Shown in pieces: positions 12,246 through 23,026 of a DNA stretch of 64,000 nucleotides. Location of the stretch: the NCBI RefSeq assembly GCF_000315625.1, contig NW_005434578.1:87501-151500 (forward strand), given 5' to 3'. Under the pieces are notes generated by a model. That model saw only the letters and a program-made list of their open reading frames with translations. It did not search any database and was not told where the DNA came from. The DNA is from Guillardia theta CCMP2712 (lineage: Eukaryota > Protista > Cryptophyta). Each line of letters starts with the position of its first letter. Within the stretch, counting starts at the first letter, position 1. The position numbers and the translations under genes are program-made.

Positions 12246-12504
12246 CTTGCATGCAATGACTCGCAAACATCTAAAGGAGGCCGCACAGCCTGTGATTTAG
12301 CAAGCATGTATAACCATCTATAAACCATACCCGTTATACATGCTGCTAGAGCCTCGGGCTTGCCCGGCTCCCGGCTCCCGGTGCCTTGTAGTCACTCAGT
12401 GCCGGGGGATGAGATCGAGTCCGCCTCGCTATCAATTATTAGGAAAAGATGAGGTCATCTGAATTGTGATACGGAGAAGCAGTCAAGTGGAAAGGCCCGG
12501 GGAC

Positions 12505-14134
12505 ATGGCGCGGCCTTTCGAGGGACGATCAATGGCAGGCAGCGACGAGGAACGAGGGGAGAGGAGGAGACAATGGGAACAGTAGCATGCTGGTGTTGTC
12601 ATGAAGACTGACTGACAGCATCCATAGCTAGATCGCAATCTTCGTCTTCTGACTGCAAAGGGGAGTTCATAGCCTCACAAAGTGGGACCAAAGGAGAGAT
12701 TGAGGAGTTGGAACTCGGCGTGTAGGAGAGGCCACAAAGAGGGGAAGGAGGAACAGCACGATCTACAGGAAGCAGTATCTGTGACATCGATCGGCTCGTA
12801 TCGTTCTTTCCTTCACTGGCTCTTTTCACCATCAATCGTTACTGCGGTGCTGACGTGGGCACTTGAAACCGGCTGACCGCAACAAGAACAGACAGAACAG
12901 TGAGTCTTTCACCTGCATTCCCTGACTGCGTGCTGTTGCTGCATCTCTTCCTCTGACCTCGGGGCAGGAAGGAGATGATTACGAGCCTGTGCGAGTGTCG
13001 CTCCAAGGACTTGGACCCCGAGGTTGTCCTCGCTCTTGACCGCCTTCATGCCTGATGTGCGTCCGCAGCTCCGGTGCATCCTCTGCGGCGAGAACAAGTG
13101 CAGCGGCTGCTCCGCGCTTCTGCAGAAGAGCTACGTCCTCGACAAATCAGAGCAGAGGCAAGCGCGAGGGACCATGAACGGCAAGGGAGAGGAGAACCCT
13201 GGGATCGAGGAGGGGCATCATCAGATAGTGAACGAGATCTCCTACAAGAAAGACTCGTGCTACTACTCTCAGGATTCGGAGATGGCCGGATGGGACAAAG
13301 TAGAGCAAACCAAGGCCTCCAAACCCGCAAAGAACAGGAGGGACCCTCTTCTTCAGGTACAAGCCCAGACCCTCCCAGCTCTGCTCAGCTACCGGTAGCA
13401 GGAGTTTGACTTCTTCTTCCCAGGTTTGGTTCCGGGAGCCTGTGACGCACAGAAGTGCAGACTCGACGCTCCTGGTCCCCAAGGAGTTTACTCTCTACGA
13501 GTTCATGATACAGTGGGGAGATCGTCGGTGGATTGTAAAGAGGAGGTGAGAACAACGCTTCCGTTTCTCGCTACCATGCCTTGACTTGATGCCTTTTAAG
13601 GTTCAGGGAGTTTGTTGCACTAGATGCTGCTCTCGATGCAAGTTTGCCTGAAGAAGTTCAACTCCCACCCTTCCCCGGAAAGAAGGTAACGAGCCGTTGC
13701 GGCGCGTGCTGCTTCTCAATGGCTTTTGAAGGCCTTGGGTCGCATGAGCCCGTCATTGATCCGCACGAGGAGGATGGAGCTAGAAGCTTACTTACGAGTA
13801 CTCTTACACGTTTGTAACGGTCCTTGAGATCACTGAGATATGGTGCTCGAAGGAGGTCTTGTTGAATCGGCACATCAGCGTGAATGTACATGTTCGCAAT
13901 TTCTGTCGACTGGTAGGCGCTTCTTTCGTTCTTGTATAGATGGTAACGAGAATGATAGCCTGAAGGCTGCAACGAAGCAGTCAAGTGGGAGGCTCCATGG
14001 GAAGAATGGAAGGCCACGGATTAAGGTAGATCCAACACTGTATCCAAGGTAACCGATCAAAATGTTAGAGCCGTGCCTCATCATTTGATCTCACGAAGTG
14101 TTACAGCTTTGGGAATCTCACAGATGGTTCATAA
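12505..14134 (+). CDS. PX (phox homology) domain protein, multi-exon
   Basis: Exons read FTLYEFMIQWGDRRWIVKRR / FREFVALDAALDASLPEEVQLPPFPGKK / ...RTRRMELEAYLRVLL, the classic PX pattern RRxxEF...LPPFPxK...RRxxLExYL. An upstream CILCGENKCSGC Cys cluster is present. Confidence 0.75.
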
Positions 14135-14233
14135 ATGATTCTTAAAGGCGGTCTTAAGGAATAGACTGGCCCGTAAGCGTACGAGGCGAACGAACTTGTA
14201 CACACTATTAGATTGAGAATCAATGATGCTCAC

Positions 14234-14872
14234 TTAGGTCTTCTTTTTCTTCTTCTCTTCTGATTCTGTTGCTTCTTCTGTAAATCTATCAAATCCCGAG
14301 AAAACTGAATGAAACATTGCATTACCTGGTTCCTCCGTATCGGGGACTGAGCTGCTTTCAATGCCTACGTCCCCACCTTCGGCTTCATGCGTTTTCGCCT
14401 TGTTTTCCCACACGAGTCGTTCACCCGGAGTTAGTCGCTTCCATGCTGCTCCCAGCTCTCTCATCAGATCTGTCTGCGAGTCGAACTGTCCTGTCTGGCG
14501 CATCCTATCTCCCTCCTCCTTCACAAACAAGTTATAAGCTGACGGCGTCCTTGGTTTACGATCCGCCTTATCCTGCATGAAAATGAGAGGAAGCAAGACT
14601 AGAGAATCGATCAGACATACAAGCTTTCTCTTCTTGTGTGAATGGTCGGCCGCCATTGGCATACTCATCGGCATGGGAACATGGAGCTGAGACACAGGGA
14701 GTCCAGAGACAGGTCCATTTAGAGTGAGCAACATCTTTGCAGAGATGTGAGATGATAGCCAAGAAGGATCCAAGGAGGGTGTTACCTTCCCGAACTCAAT
14801 ATATGCATTGCCAAGATTGTGCAAAGCGGCTTGAAAAGCGTTTGGACCTCCTCCACTGGACATCGCAGGCAC
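14234..14872 (-). CDS. HMG-box protein
   Basis: KPRTPSAYNLFVKEEGDRMRQTGQFDSQTDLMRELGAAWKRLTPGERLVWENKAK is an HMG box, followed by an acidic/basic tail. Short in-frame introns are likely. Confidence 0.88.
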   Translation of the reverse strand: MPAMSSGGGPNAFQAALHNLGNAYIEFGKVTPSLDPSWLSSHISAKMLLTLNGPVSGLPVSQLHVPMPMSMPMAADHSHKKRKLVCLIDSLVLLPLIFMQDKADRKPRTPSAYNLFVKEEGDRMRQTGQFDSQTDLMRELGAAWKRLTPGERLVWENKAKTHEAEGGDVGIESSSVPDTEEPGNAMFHSVFSGFDRFTEEATESEEKKKKKT

Positions 14873-15951
14873 ATTGCTCGGCTGTGGTGGAGGGGGGTAT
14901 GGTTGATTTGGATACCCGCCTGAGGGGTAGTCCCCGGGAAATCGAGCAAGAATTTTGAAATAAAAGCTAAAGAAAGATCCCTCCGGACAATGTAAGGCTC
15001 TGTAAAGCCTTCTTCTTTGTCACAAGCAGCTGCTCGCCTGCGAATTGGATTACGTGATGTCAGATTCTGGTCAAGAAAAGATGGAAAGATGGAAAACCAA
15101 TGCAACAAATAGAATGTGATGTTCGAGAGAAAGATATATTTGAGCAAAATTTCACGTTGACAAACATCCAAAGTACGTGATCATGTCGACGCAACAGATC
15201 TAAACTAATACGACGCCTTGAGCTTTCTGAATCCGCGTTCATCGTTCAAAACGGATAAAGCATTAGATGCATATGGCACGGAACATAAGAATGTAGCGCA
15301 ATCAATGATGTGCATCGTACTCTACATCTTGTGTCGAAACAAGACAATGTTGCTGGATGTGGCCAAACACATATCGATGCGACGGGGGAGACACAAACAC
15401 AATTCAAAATGAACAAACGTGAATCAGACAGCAAACATGAAGATCACTGAGCTGAGTTCCGTCAATCTCTCAATTTCGAGGCATAATGGAAGAAGAGGGA
15501 GGGAGGTAGAAGGACGCAAGATGGGCCTCGAGCCATCGGGTGCGAGCGTTAGTTTGCGAAGGGCTTCATGGTTTGAAAGGAGGAGCGGACGAAGATAACA
15601 AAAACTATTGAATAGGAGAGGGGGTAGGAAGCAGAGGGGGGGTGGTAGGAAAGAAGGGTAGGAGACAAATAGGGCAGTGGTAAGAGAAAGGGTACTGGGG
15701 GTGGTAGGACGGTGGTAGTAGGGAGCAACGAGGGAATAAATAGGAGGGTAGGTGGGACAGGATGGGGAAGGATAGGAGAACGCAATTAGTGGGTATGGGG
15801 TAGCGATCTACAAAAGGTGGGGTCATCAATGGAGTCAAGGTAGGGTAGGGTAGTCCAATTAGGGTAGCAGTTTTATTTGGTACCTAGCTGTATCAGATCC
15901 CAATACAAATATAAATATATTCGGTACCAAGCTTTTTAAAACCTTTCAAAG

Positions 15952-15983
15952 GCCAAACACGGGTGGCTCCACCCGTGTTTGGC
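15952..15983. repeat. perfect 15-bp inverted repeat (hairpin)
   Basis: GCCAAACACGGGTGG-CT-CCACCCGTGTTTGGC. Confidence 0.9.
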
Positions 15984-16169
15984 TCACAACTCCACGACTG
16001 TTTGGGGTATTCGGGTAGGGGTACTTTTATTAGTAAAATATCTTATAAAAGGGTCTTGTAGTTGGGGGTCGTTGCTTGGTTCGACGTAGCAATCTTTAAT
16101 TGCAAACCGTTACTTATATTGTAGTAACTCTATAATCATCGTTCTGGTACTGTTTAAAACTATCACAGG

Positions 16170-17150
16170 CTGAGTCAGCCGGGCCCGCCGGCTCCCGCGG
16201 CGCCGAGTCGCGGCTCACGGTCAGTCCAGTGGCCGGGCCTCTCACTGTACGGTCACGCGGGACGGTCCGACGGTCACGGTCGGACGGTCAAACAAACTAC
16301 AGTGGGCCGGCCATCGAGTCGGCGCCCGACCGTGACTCGCCGGGCACTGCTCCGGGGGCCGCCCCCGGCCGCGTCGGATGGCAGTCTTTCCGAGTTCTCT
16401 ACTACTCACCGTCGGAGGACACTGACAACTGTTTGATCCGACTCGATCCGATCGGATCACTGCGCGGCCAAGCCCGCCGTTCGCTGAGGCGAGCCAGGCT
16501 CGGAGTCGGAGGCTTGACATTCTGGAGTCCGGCCCGGGCGCACCGACAGTGTGCCAGGTGACTCGCCTCCGTCACTGGACTCCAATTCAATCCGATCTGG
16601 CACCGTGGCCCCGCGGGCCCCGAAGTTTGCCAGACTCACAGAGTCACGGTCAGCACTGTGACCGTCGGACGGCGCCGGGCACGGCCCGGGCTGTGACTTC
16701 ACGGACAGTGACGGTGGGGCCGGCACCGTTCAACGCCGGTCAGGTTCACGACTCAGGCTGTCGACCGTCACGGTCAACCTACACGGTCACGTCGACCGTA
16801 CGGTACCGTACCGGCAGTACCGGCGGGCCGGGCCCGGCCGCCCCGGCGGGCCGCGGGACGGTACGGTCAGTGACGGCAACCACCGGCAGTGCCACCGTGG
16901 CACTGGCGGGGGGGCCCGGCCGGACCGTCCCGGGTGACGCCGGGCCGGAGTCACCGCCCCCCCCCCCCGGGCCCCGGCCTCTGAGACGGACGGTCATCGG
17001 ATGATCAGCGGGCGCCGGTCGGTACTATAGGCGGCACGGCACGCCGGGCACGGGCCGGTATGCGGCGGAAGTTGGCTGAGCCCGGCCCGGACCAGTGGGA
17101 CTCCGGAAGTCCGCCCCTCAGGTAGTACCGCCGGTCGTACCGGGCCTTGT
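16170..17150. repeat. GC-rich palindromic-word island 2
   Basis: Dense CCGG, GTAC, GATC, ACGGT/ACCGT, GTCAC/GTGAC and GAGTC/GACTC. Flanked by a G-rich arm (15600-15870), an AT spacer and a C-rich arm (17220-17390). Confidence 0.75.
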
Positions 17151-17417
17151 CTCAGTACTGAAGTTACTGATTTTTAACTTAACTTTGAGTAAAGAAGTTA
17201 CTGTCGGTTTTCAAACTTTTCGGCACCCACCGTGGCAACGTCACTATCATCCTACCTGGCACCCCTCCCCTCCCCACCCCCACCCCCCATCCGCCCCCCC
17301 TTCCCACCCAAGTCATCATATTCAACCCGGGGTCAACTGGTACCCCTAGCTCAAATAGGATCCCCCCTACCAGTACCCTACCCAAGGTCCGACCATTAGC
17401 GGACTGCGAGGACAGCC

Positions 17418-19135
17418 ATGCGGGGGGCGCGGGACTTACACAGGGCACCATCGAGGGAGGATCTTTATTCGAGCCAGAGGAGCATCGACTCTGTTGCTTC
17501 CAGATCCCTTCTGACTGGAAATGGAACGGGCATGAGTGGTGTGGGTATATTTTTCCAGCAAGAGGGCGATGGCAAGGTCTACGTGAGAACCATTGTCAGC
17601 GGAGGTTCTGCAGAGAGAGATGGTGAGTTGGATGGTTGTAGTTCATATCAAAATCGACTTCTCATAGTATACATGTTGTCATGATGAACTACCTCCATGT
17701 ACATTTCTGCTCCTAAGTCTGGTTTCAAACAGGAAGAGTTCGGGTTGGCGACGTAATGTGCGGGGTTGACGGTAGAGATGTCATAGGCGAACCAGTCAGC
17801 GTCCTTAGAAGCCTGTTGCTTGGACATGAAGGAAGCACGGTTTAGTTGCCAAGTTTATGAAATCTCATCTCAAGTATGGTCTCTCTGCAGGTTGTACTTA
17901 CTTTTGCAAGGGCCGTTGAAGCTGGTATGGACGCCGAAACTTCTGACATGAACTCTGGAAACACGGTATGTGAGCAGTCTAAGATCTCGATCACAAACAC
18001 TTTGGTGACTGATAGGCACTTATGCGATTCATCAGGTCATTGCAAAGTTTGACGTGGAGCTTGTGCGGGGCAGTCCAGAATATTTCAACAAAATGGACTC
18101 AGCACGAAAGTAAGATCTTGCTGTTTGAGACGATTCTCTTGGAATGATGCAACGCAGATATGAAATTGAAATGCAAGACCTGAGACATCAACTCAAGCAG
18201 ACGTTGAGTGAGGAGAAAGAAATCTCTGAGGAGGTCGAACGGGTCAGACGTGTGCTTCAACTTGAGAGGGGGGCGTCTGCCAGGCGAGAAAAAGAATTAG
18301 AAGAAATCAGATCTTCCCATGCTCGAGAAGTAGCGTCTTTGTCAGAATCTTTGCGAAGAGCTGAACAATCTCGGCGCGAAGCAAGCGGGCGGCTTGCTCC
18401 TGTGAAATCAAGGGAGCAGGAGCTTTCAGAAGAGCTTGCTCGAATGAAAGAGAAAGACCGGTGCTCATTCTGCGATTCTGCCTGAAATATTTCTCTGAAG
18501 TTCATTGCACCTCAGATTGCGCAAAGAGTACGTAGAAGAACTTCGAAAGAGACATGAGGAAGAGACTTCAAGGTTGGAGGCACAACTTGCCAAAGAACAG
18601 CGAGCCAGGAGAGAAGAGCAGGTGGTTTTGAATTTAACTAAGCAAGGGCGGCTTATGAATTCAACACAGGCTGCCAGAATCGAGGTGGAGCGTGAGCTGG
18701 AAAAGTCCAGAAAGGAGCTAAAGAAGGAGCTAGATATTCAAAGATCAACTGTTGACCAAGACAAATCGTACCGCGAGCAAGTCGAATCGTGAGTCATGTC
18801 TCATTGCTATCATTGCAAACTGAAGAATCATAGATCGAAAAAGAAACTGCGAGACGTGGTTGAGACTATGGAATCTCTGTATGCCATGATGAAAGACTTG
18901 GACGACTGGAACAATCACGTTCAGGACGGACAACTGCATACGAAGCTGGTGAGTAATCGTCACACGATGAGCAATGATTCCAGGTATCGAATTTTTTTCC
19001 AATGGTTTGTGGTTGACGTTTAGCTAAGATGGTGAAGGAAAACTTTGGCCTCTAGTTTTTTGAAATTCCAATGGAACAAACGAGAATGGAGAACAAAGAT
19101 CAAGTATAGAAAGATGAGAGACACATTCTATTGAG
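17418..19135 (+). CDS. PDZ-domain plus coiled-coil protein, multi-exon
   Basis: GVGIFFQQEGDGKVYVRTIVSGGSAERDG / RVRVGDVMCGVDGRDVIGEPVSVLRSLLLGHEGSTV is a PDZ domain. Downstream exons are E/R/K-rich heptads. 3' end approximate. Confidence 0.8.
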
Positions 19136-19185
19136 TATAGCGTACTAAATTCTTGCTTTGATAGCAAGCTCTTCTCGCTGCTGCA

Positions 19186-20520
19186 TCATGTCCTGTATAT
19201 CACAACGTTTCTTCCTTTGAACTCTAGACAATGCCGTCGTAGATCGGGATGCTTAGACTGCAGATACGAAACGAAATCTTCATAAGTCACTACCAAGTCT
19301 TGATCGTTCTGCTGGTTTGTTCTGAAAACTGATTGCTTTGGAAAGACACAGCATGGAATGACTGCAAAAGGCTTGTTCATGGCAATAGCAAAGTCGACAA
19401 TCGGTTCTGTAGCTTGATCTGGATGCATTCCAACAACGCAAGAGCATTTGCTTAGAAGGGGCTCAAAACTTGCATCATTCCACATAGAGCTGTCGAAATT
19501 ATGAAGGATGTGCTTGACTCCTCTATCCCTTCCTTTTCTACAGTCCCGTGGGTCAATGACAGTCGAGCTTATGTTGGCTTCCGCCAACCTCTGCGAAATT
19601 TCTCCCTTGCCACCTGCTACGTCGAGGACTCCAGAACCAGCGGTCAGCACTTCCTTGCCGAAAGTTTCGATCAACCAACGGCAGAAAACCTCAGCTCTTA
19701 GCCTCTTGGGAACTTTCTCTGTCGCAGCCAAGTGATCTCCAACCCTTTCAGCCACCCCCATGGCCTTCTGTAGCTTCTGCGCTGCACGTTCCTCCTGCCA
19801 TGCCTTCTTCGCCAAGACTCGCTCCTCCCCCATCACATGCTTGAGCGTGCAGTTTCTAAGTGGGCAGCTCGCACTGTTGACCCAGAACTTGCAGATCTCG
19901 CCCCTAGGCAGCCGATTGAGTGCAGTCAAACTTACTATCGCTCCCTCCGCAGGTGGGGGCTTAGTGAACTCGATCTCTGTACCTGTACACGAGTCTGCAC
20001 TTGCCTTCTCGATCGTCTGCACTCTATACACTTCCTTCGTCCTTTCTCCCTTGGTGGCATCGAGACTATCGCAGAAGTAGACTACCTCCACCTCGTCGCA
20101 CAACTGAACCTGTTTGCCATGCACCACAACCGAAGCAGCAGTTAGGACGCCCGAGGAATGCTCCCCGCCTCTCCTCAACACAAAAGGCACAACGCTCCCA
20201 GAATCTTCGGCGTTTTTTATGTCAAAGAAGAACATCCTCGTGCTGTACCATCTTGTCCTTGTCACTCGCCCCCGGATCCTCTCAAGCTTCCTGTTGAATG
20301 CATACTCCTCCTTACCATTCCTCACTTGTTCACCATCACCAACGCTCTGCAAGTTTTCCTCCTTTTCTTCCTCCTTGTTGCTCCTTCCATACATATCTTC
20401 CTGCTTCCTGCTTCCTTCAACCTCCTCCTCCTGTCCATTCCCTTGACCGAGTCCATGGTGGCTCCATGTGTTCGGTTCGCACATGCGAGCACCTTGTCTG
20501 AGGGAAACTTTCGGGGTCAC
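19186..20520 (-). CDS. OB-fold plus CCCH zinc finger plus class I SAM methyltransferase-like protein (intronless)
   Basis: IRGRVTRTRWYSTRMFFFDI (OB-fold-like), CKFWVNSASCPLRNCTLKH (CCCH), VLDVAGGKGEIS (motif I), GMHPDQATE and FAVIPCCVFP. Confidence 0.8.
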   Translation of the reverse strand: MTPKVSLRQGARMCEPNTWSHHGLGQGNGQEEEVEGSRKQEDMYGRSNKEEEKEENLQSVGDGEQVRNGKEEYAFNRKLERIRGRVTRTRWYSTRMFFFDIKNAEDSGSVVPFVLRRGGEHSSGVLTAASVVVHGKQVQLCDEVEVVYFCDSLDATKGERTKEVYRVQTIEKASADSCTGTEIEFTKPPPAEGAIVSLTALNRLPRGEICKFWVNSASCPLRNCTLKHVMGEERVLAKKAWQEERAAQKLQKAMGVAERVGDHLAATEKVPKRLRAEVFCRWLIETFGKEVLTAGSGVLDVAGGKGEISQRLAEANISSTVIDPRDCRKGRDRGVKHILHNFDSSMWNDASFEPLLSKCSCVVGMHPDQATEPIVDFAIAMNKPFAVIPCCVFPKQSVFRTNQQNDQDLVVTYEDFVSYLQSKHPDLRRHCLEFKGRNVVIYRT

Positions 20521-20581
20521 AATTTTATTACGAAGTTCAAAGTTTCAAAGTTTGGGCGAAGAGGCGCTGAATTTCACCAGC

Positions 20582-21893
20582 ATGACTACCAACAAGGTAA
20601 CTGAGGAGAGGGGAAGAGGAGGGGAAGAGGAGAAGGAGGGTGAGGGAAGCAGGAAGGAGATAGGGCACGGGGCAAGAAGGGTCAGGGACAAGATGCTCTT
20701 ACAGCAACTTGTTAGCAAACTGTGTTCAAGCCCGTGACTTCTTCCTGTTCGTCGCAGGGGTTTGTGGCCTTGGCTGCCATTTGTTTTACTTTCATGGCCG
20801 CGATCGCATTGGTCTCCTTTGGAACAGTTGAGAATGACAGCCAGCGCAGAACCTTTCTCCTGAGCGCGAAAAACATGGCGTCTAGGAAAGTCACGATCCT
20901 CAAGATAGCGAAGCAGCTTCACGCGAAGAATGTCCCATTGAAAGTTTCGCTAAAAGCTGCGTCGGCACTGGCTACTTTGACCTCGCTGTGCGATGGAGGA
21001 GCAGGCGCTAACCAAGATGCCATGGACAAGTACAGGAGAAAGGTCGACAAGAAGTATGGTCGAGATATACCTGTTCGACTGTGAGTGACTCGATGCTCAG
21101 CTGGTGGTCCGCCATCCGGGCGTTCACTACTGAGGAGGAAGTGAAGAAGATGGTGATGGCAGACACGAGGTGAGGGTTGAGATGTATCACTGTATGCTCT
21201 TGGTGAGGGTTGAGATGTATCACTGTATGCTCTTGTTGAGGGTTGAGATGTATCACTGTATGCTCTTGTTGAGGGTTGAGATATATCACTGTATGCTCTT
21301 GTTGAGGGTTGAGATGTATCACTGTATGCTCTTGTTGCTCTTCCCACCTCGGAGAAGTCTGAGTTTGCTCCAAAGGCATGCCCATCTGTTGATCTTTGTT
21401 GCTCCGGGCTGGTGTCAGTGGTCGCAGAAACAGGTCTGTGTGCAGCAGAGGAGATTGGCGCTGTATCACTGACCCCTGTGTTCGAAGATTGCCGAACTTC
21501 AAAAGAACTTCGATGATCTCGGTGAACAGCTGCGTCGTCACTGAGACGTGGAGCTTTGCTCGTGCTTACAGTGGTTGTAGGGGAAGCACAGGATCGCGTG
21601 CACCTCATAGATGTGGATGATCCTGCAAACAAGGAGCTTGTCCAGTTCGAGCAAGTGAGATCGTTCCCTACCATCATGGTTGTACAGGTCAGTGATGATA
21701 GTGAAGAGGAGGGTTGCTTCGCAACTTGACACGATCCAACAGGGTAACAACATTATCGGACGTGTGAATGGATATAAAGATTTTGAACATGTGAGGACGT
21801 CTTCTATGACTTTTGATATCAACAACATGGGCCGACTGTTGTTTGTTGTAGGTACATGACATGGTGTTTGCGGACAGCCAGGTGATAGTTTGA
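20582..21893 (+). CDS. membrane-anchored thioredoxin-like protein with a CxxS (WCQWS) motif, multi-exon
   Basis: Spliced reading: MTTNK / QTVF...TM segment (FVALAAICFTFMAAIALVSFG)...WWSAIRAFTTEEEVKKMVMADT / ...LLIFVAPGWCQWSQKQ / IAELQKNFDDL / ...VHLIDVDDPANKELVQFEQVRSFPTIMVVQ / GNNIIGRVNGYKDFEH / VHDMVFADSQVIV*. Thioredoxin fold with the cis-Pro SFPT motif. Confidence 0.7.
21171..21335. repeat. 33-bp minisatellite, 5 copies, intronic
   Basis: Unit TGAGGGTTGAGATGTATCACTGTATGCTCTTGT, head-to-tail with no spacers. Confidence 0.95.
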
Positions 21894-22279
21894 TATCTTC
21901 ACGCCTCCAGTGTGTCTTGCTTCAATGCCAACTAGAACCATGAGGGAAGGGTGGAGACTAAGGGAGGGGGAGGGTACGTGGGGGGGGGATGGGGGGGAGG
22001 GCGGCCCCGCAACTCAAATGCACTGAGGCGGGGTACTGTATGTTCGGGTGACAGGGTAGGGATCATGTGGTGTGGAGGCTCATGATAATGTTTCGATTTT
22101 GCAAACTTTTATCCTCCATCGTTGGTGACACATGTGTTTCTAGGGAGTTCCGTTTGAAAGTACATTCCCCGATCATTAAACTTAGTAAACCTGAAACTCA
22201 GTTGAGACCGAACCGTCCTTCTCTGTTTAGTTGTGGTAGTTACCGACGGTAACTTCTCAGAAGACTGATCAGTCAATGG

Positions 22280-22520
22280 CACTGGGCGGTCCCGGATCGG
22301 ACTCGATTGAGTCGGACGGTACCGTCACGTGACGGCTGGCCCGACTCGCCGTGATCGGGGTGACAGCCGTGATCCGTCGGACTGTCCGATCGGACCGTAC
22401 TACGGTACTCCCGGCCCGGCGGCCACCGTGGCACCGTCACGGGAGCGGCTGAGCGGCCGGCGGCCCGGTACGGTACGGTAAACCGTGCTGAACTCCGAAC
22501 CGGGCTAGTAGCCGCTTTGG
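22280..22520. repeat. GC-rich palindromic-word island 3
   Basis: Same word set as the other islands. G-rich arm 21950-22070, AT spacer, C-rich arm 22560-22980. Confidence 0.7.
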
Positions 22521-23026
22521 CCAGTCAAAAGCTGCAGGCTGGTCAAAAGTTCGATGCGACCTACGGGGCTATTGATCCCTCAACAAAGAGAGCAGCCCCG
22601 CTCCTACCCCACCCCTCGCTCCAACTACATGAAGGACCATCCTGTGCTGTGTACCACCCCCTTCATGATATGAGACTACCCACCCTAGGCTAATGCATCA
22701 AATTCAGGTAGTTCCGAGGCCCAAGTCGCCAATGTGCCCTGCCCTCCCGGAGTCCCTACCCACCCTCAACCCCATTTTGCCACCACCCCACGTACTTAAA
22801 TCAGATAGCACCTTGCAAGGTGCGTTGACAACCAAGTATCCGTACTATGTGAAAATTACCTTTACCTCAATTAGATTATCTTGTACCTATACCTCATTCT
22901 TTGTTTCAAGCACGAAGTACCACCTTACCTGTGAAAACACCGTTACCCGACCCTACCGCCTACACCTCATTTTCCCCCTATAAAAGAAGGGACCGAAACT
23001 TCTCTGCCGTACTGCTCTGTGCTGTC

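Noticed and set aside
11815-12328. Poly-LA/SC/ER ORFs
   Set aside because: They are translations of a hexamer microsatellite that is open in several frames.
14960-15535. Possible small minus-strand gene upstream of the HMG gene
   Set aside because: There are coding-like fragments, but no consistent exon chain or motif could be established.
15837-15870. TAGGG runs as interstitial telomere repeats
   Set aside because: Too short and irregular; treated as part of the G-rich arm.
16229-17004. Pro/Gly/Arg-rich ORFs in the GC islands (also 2679-3199, 26143-26908, 54173-54819)
   Set aside because: Stop-poor GC-rich DNA gives overlapping ORFs on both strands, with no domain signal.
21171-21335. 33-bp repeats as a CRISPR array
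   Set aside because: The units are contiguous with no unique spacers, there are no cas genes, and the context is a eukaryotic intron.
20919-21828. Minus-strand ORFs over the minisatellite
   Set aside because: Better explained as antisense to the spliced thioredoxin-like gene; they stay open because the repeat unit is a multiple of 3.
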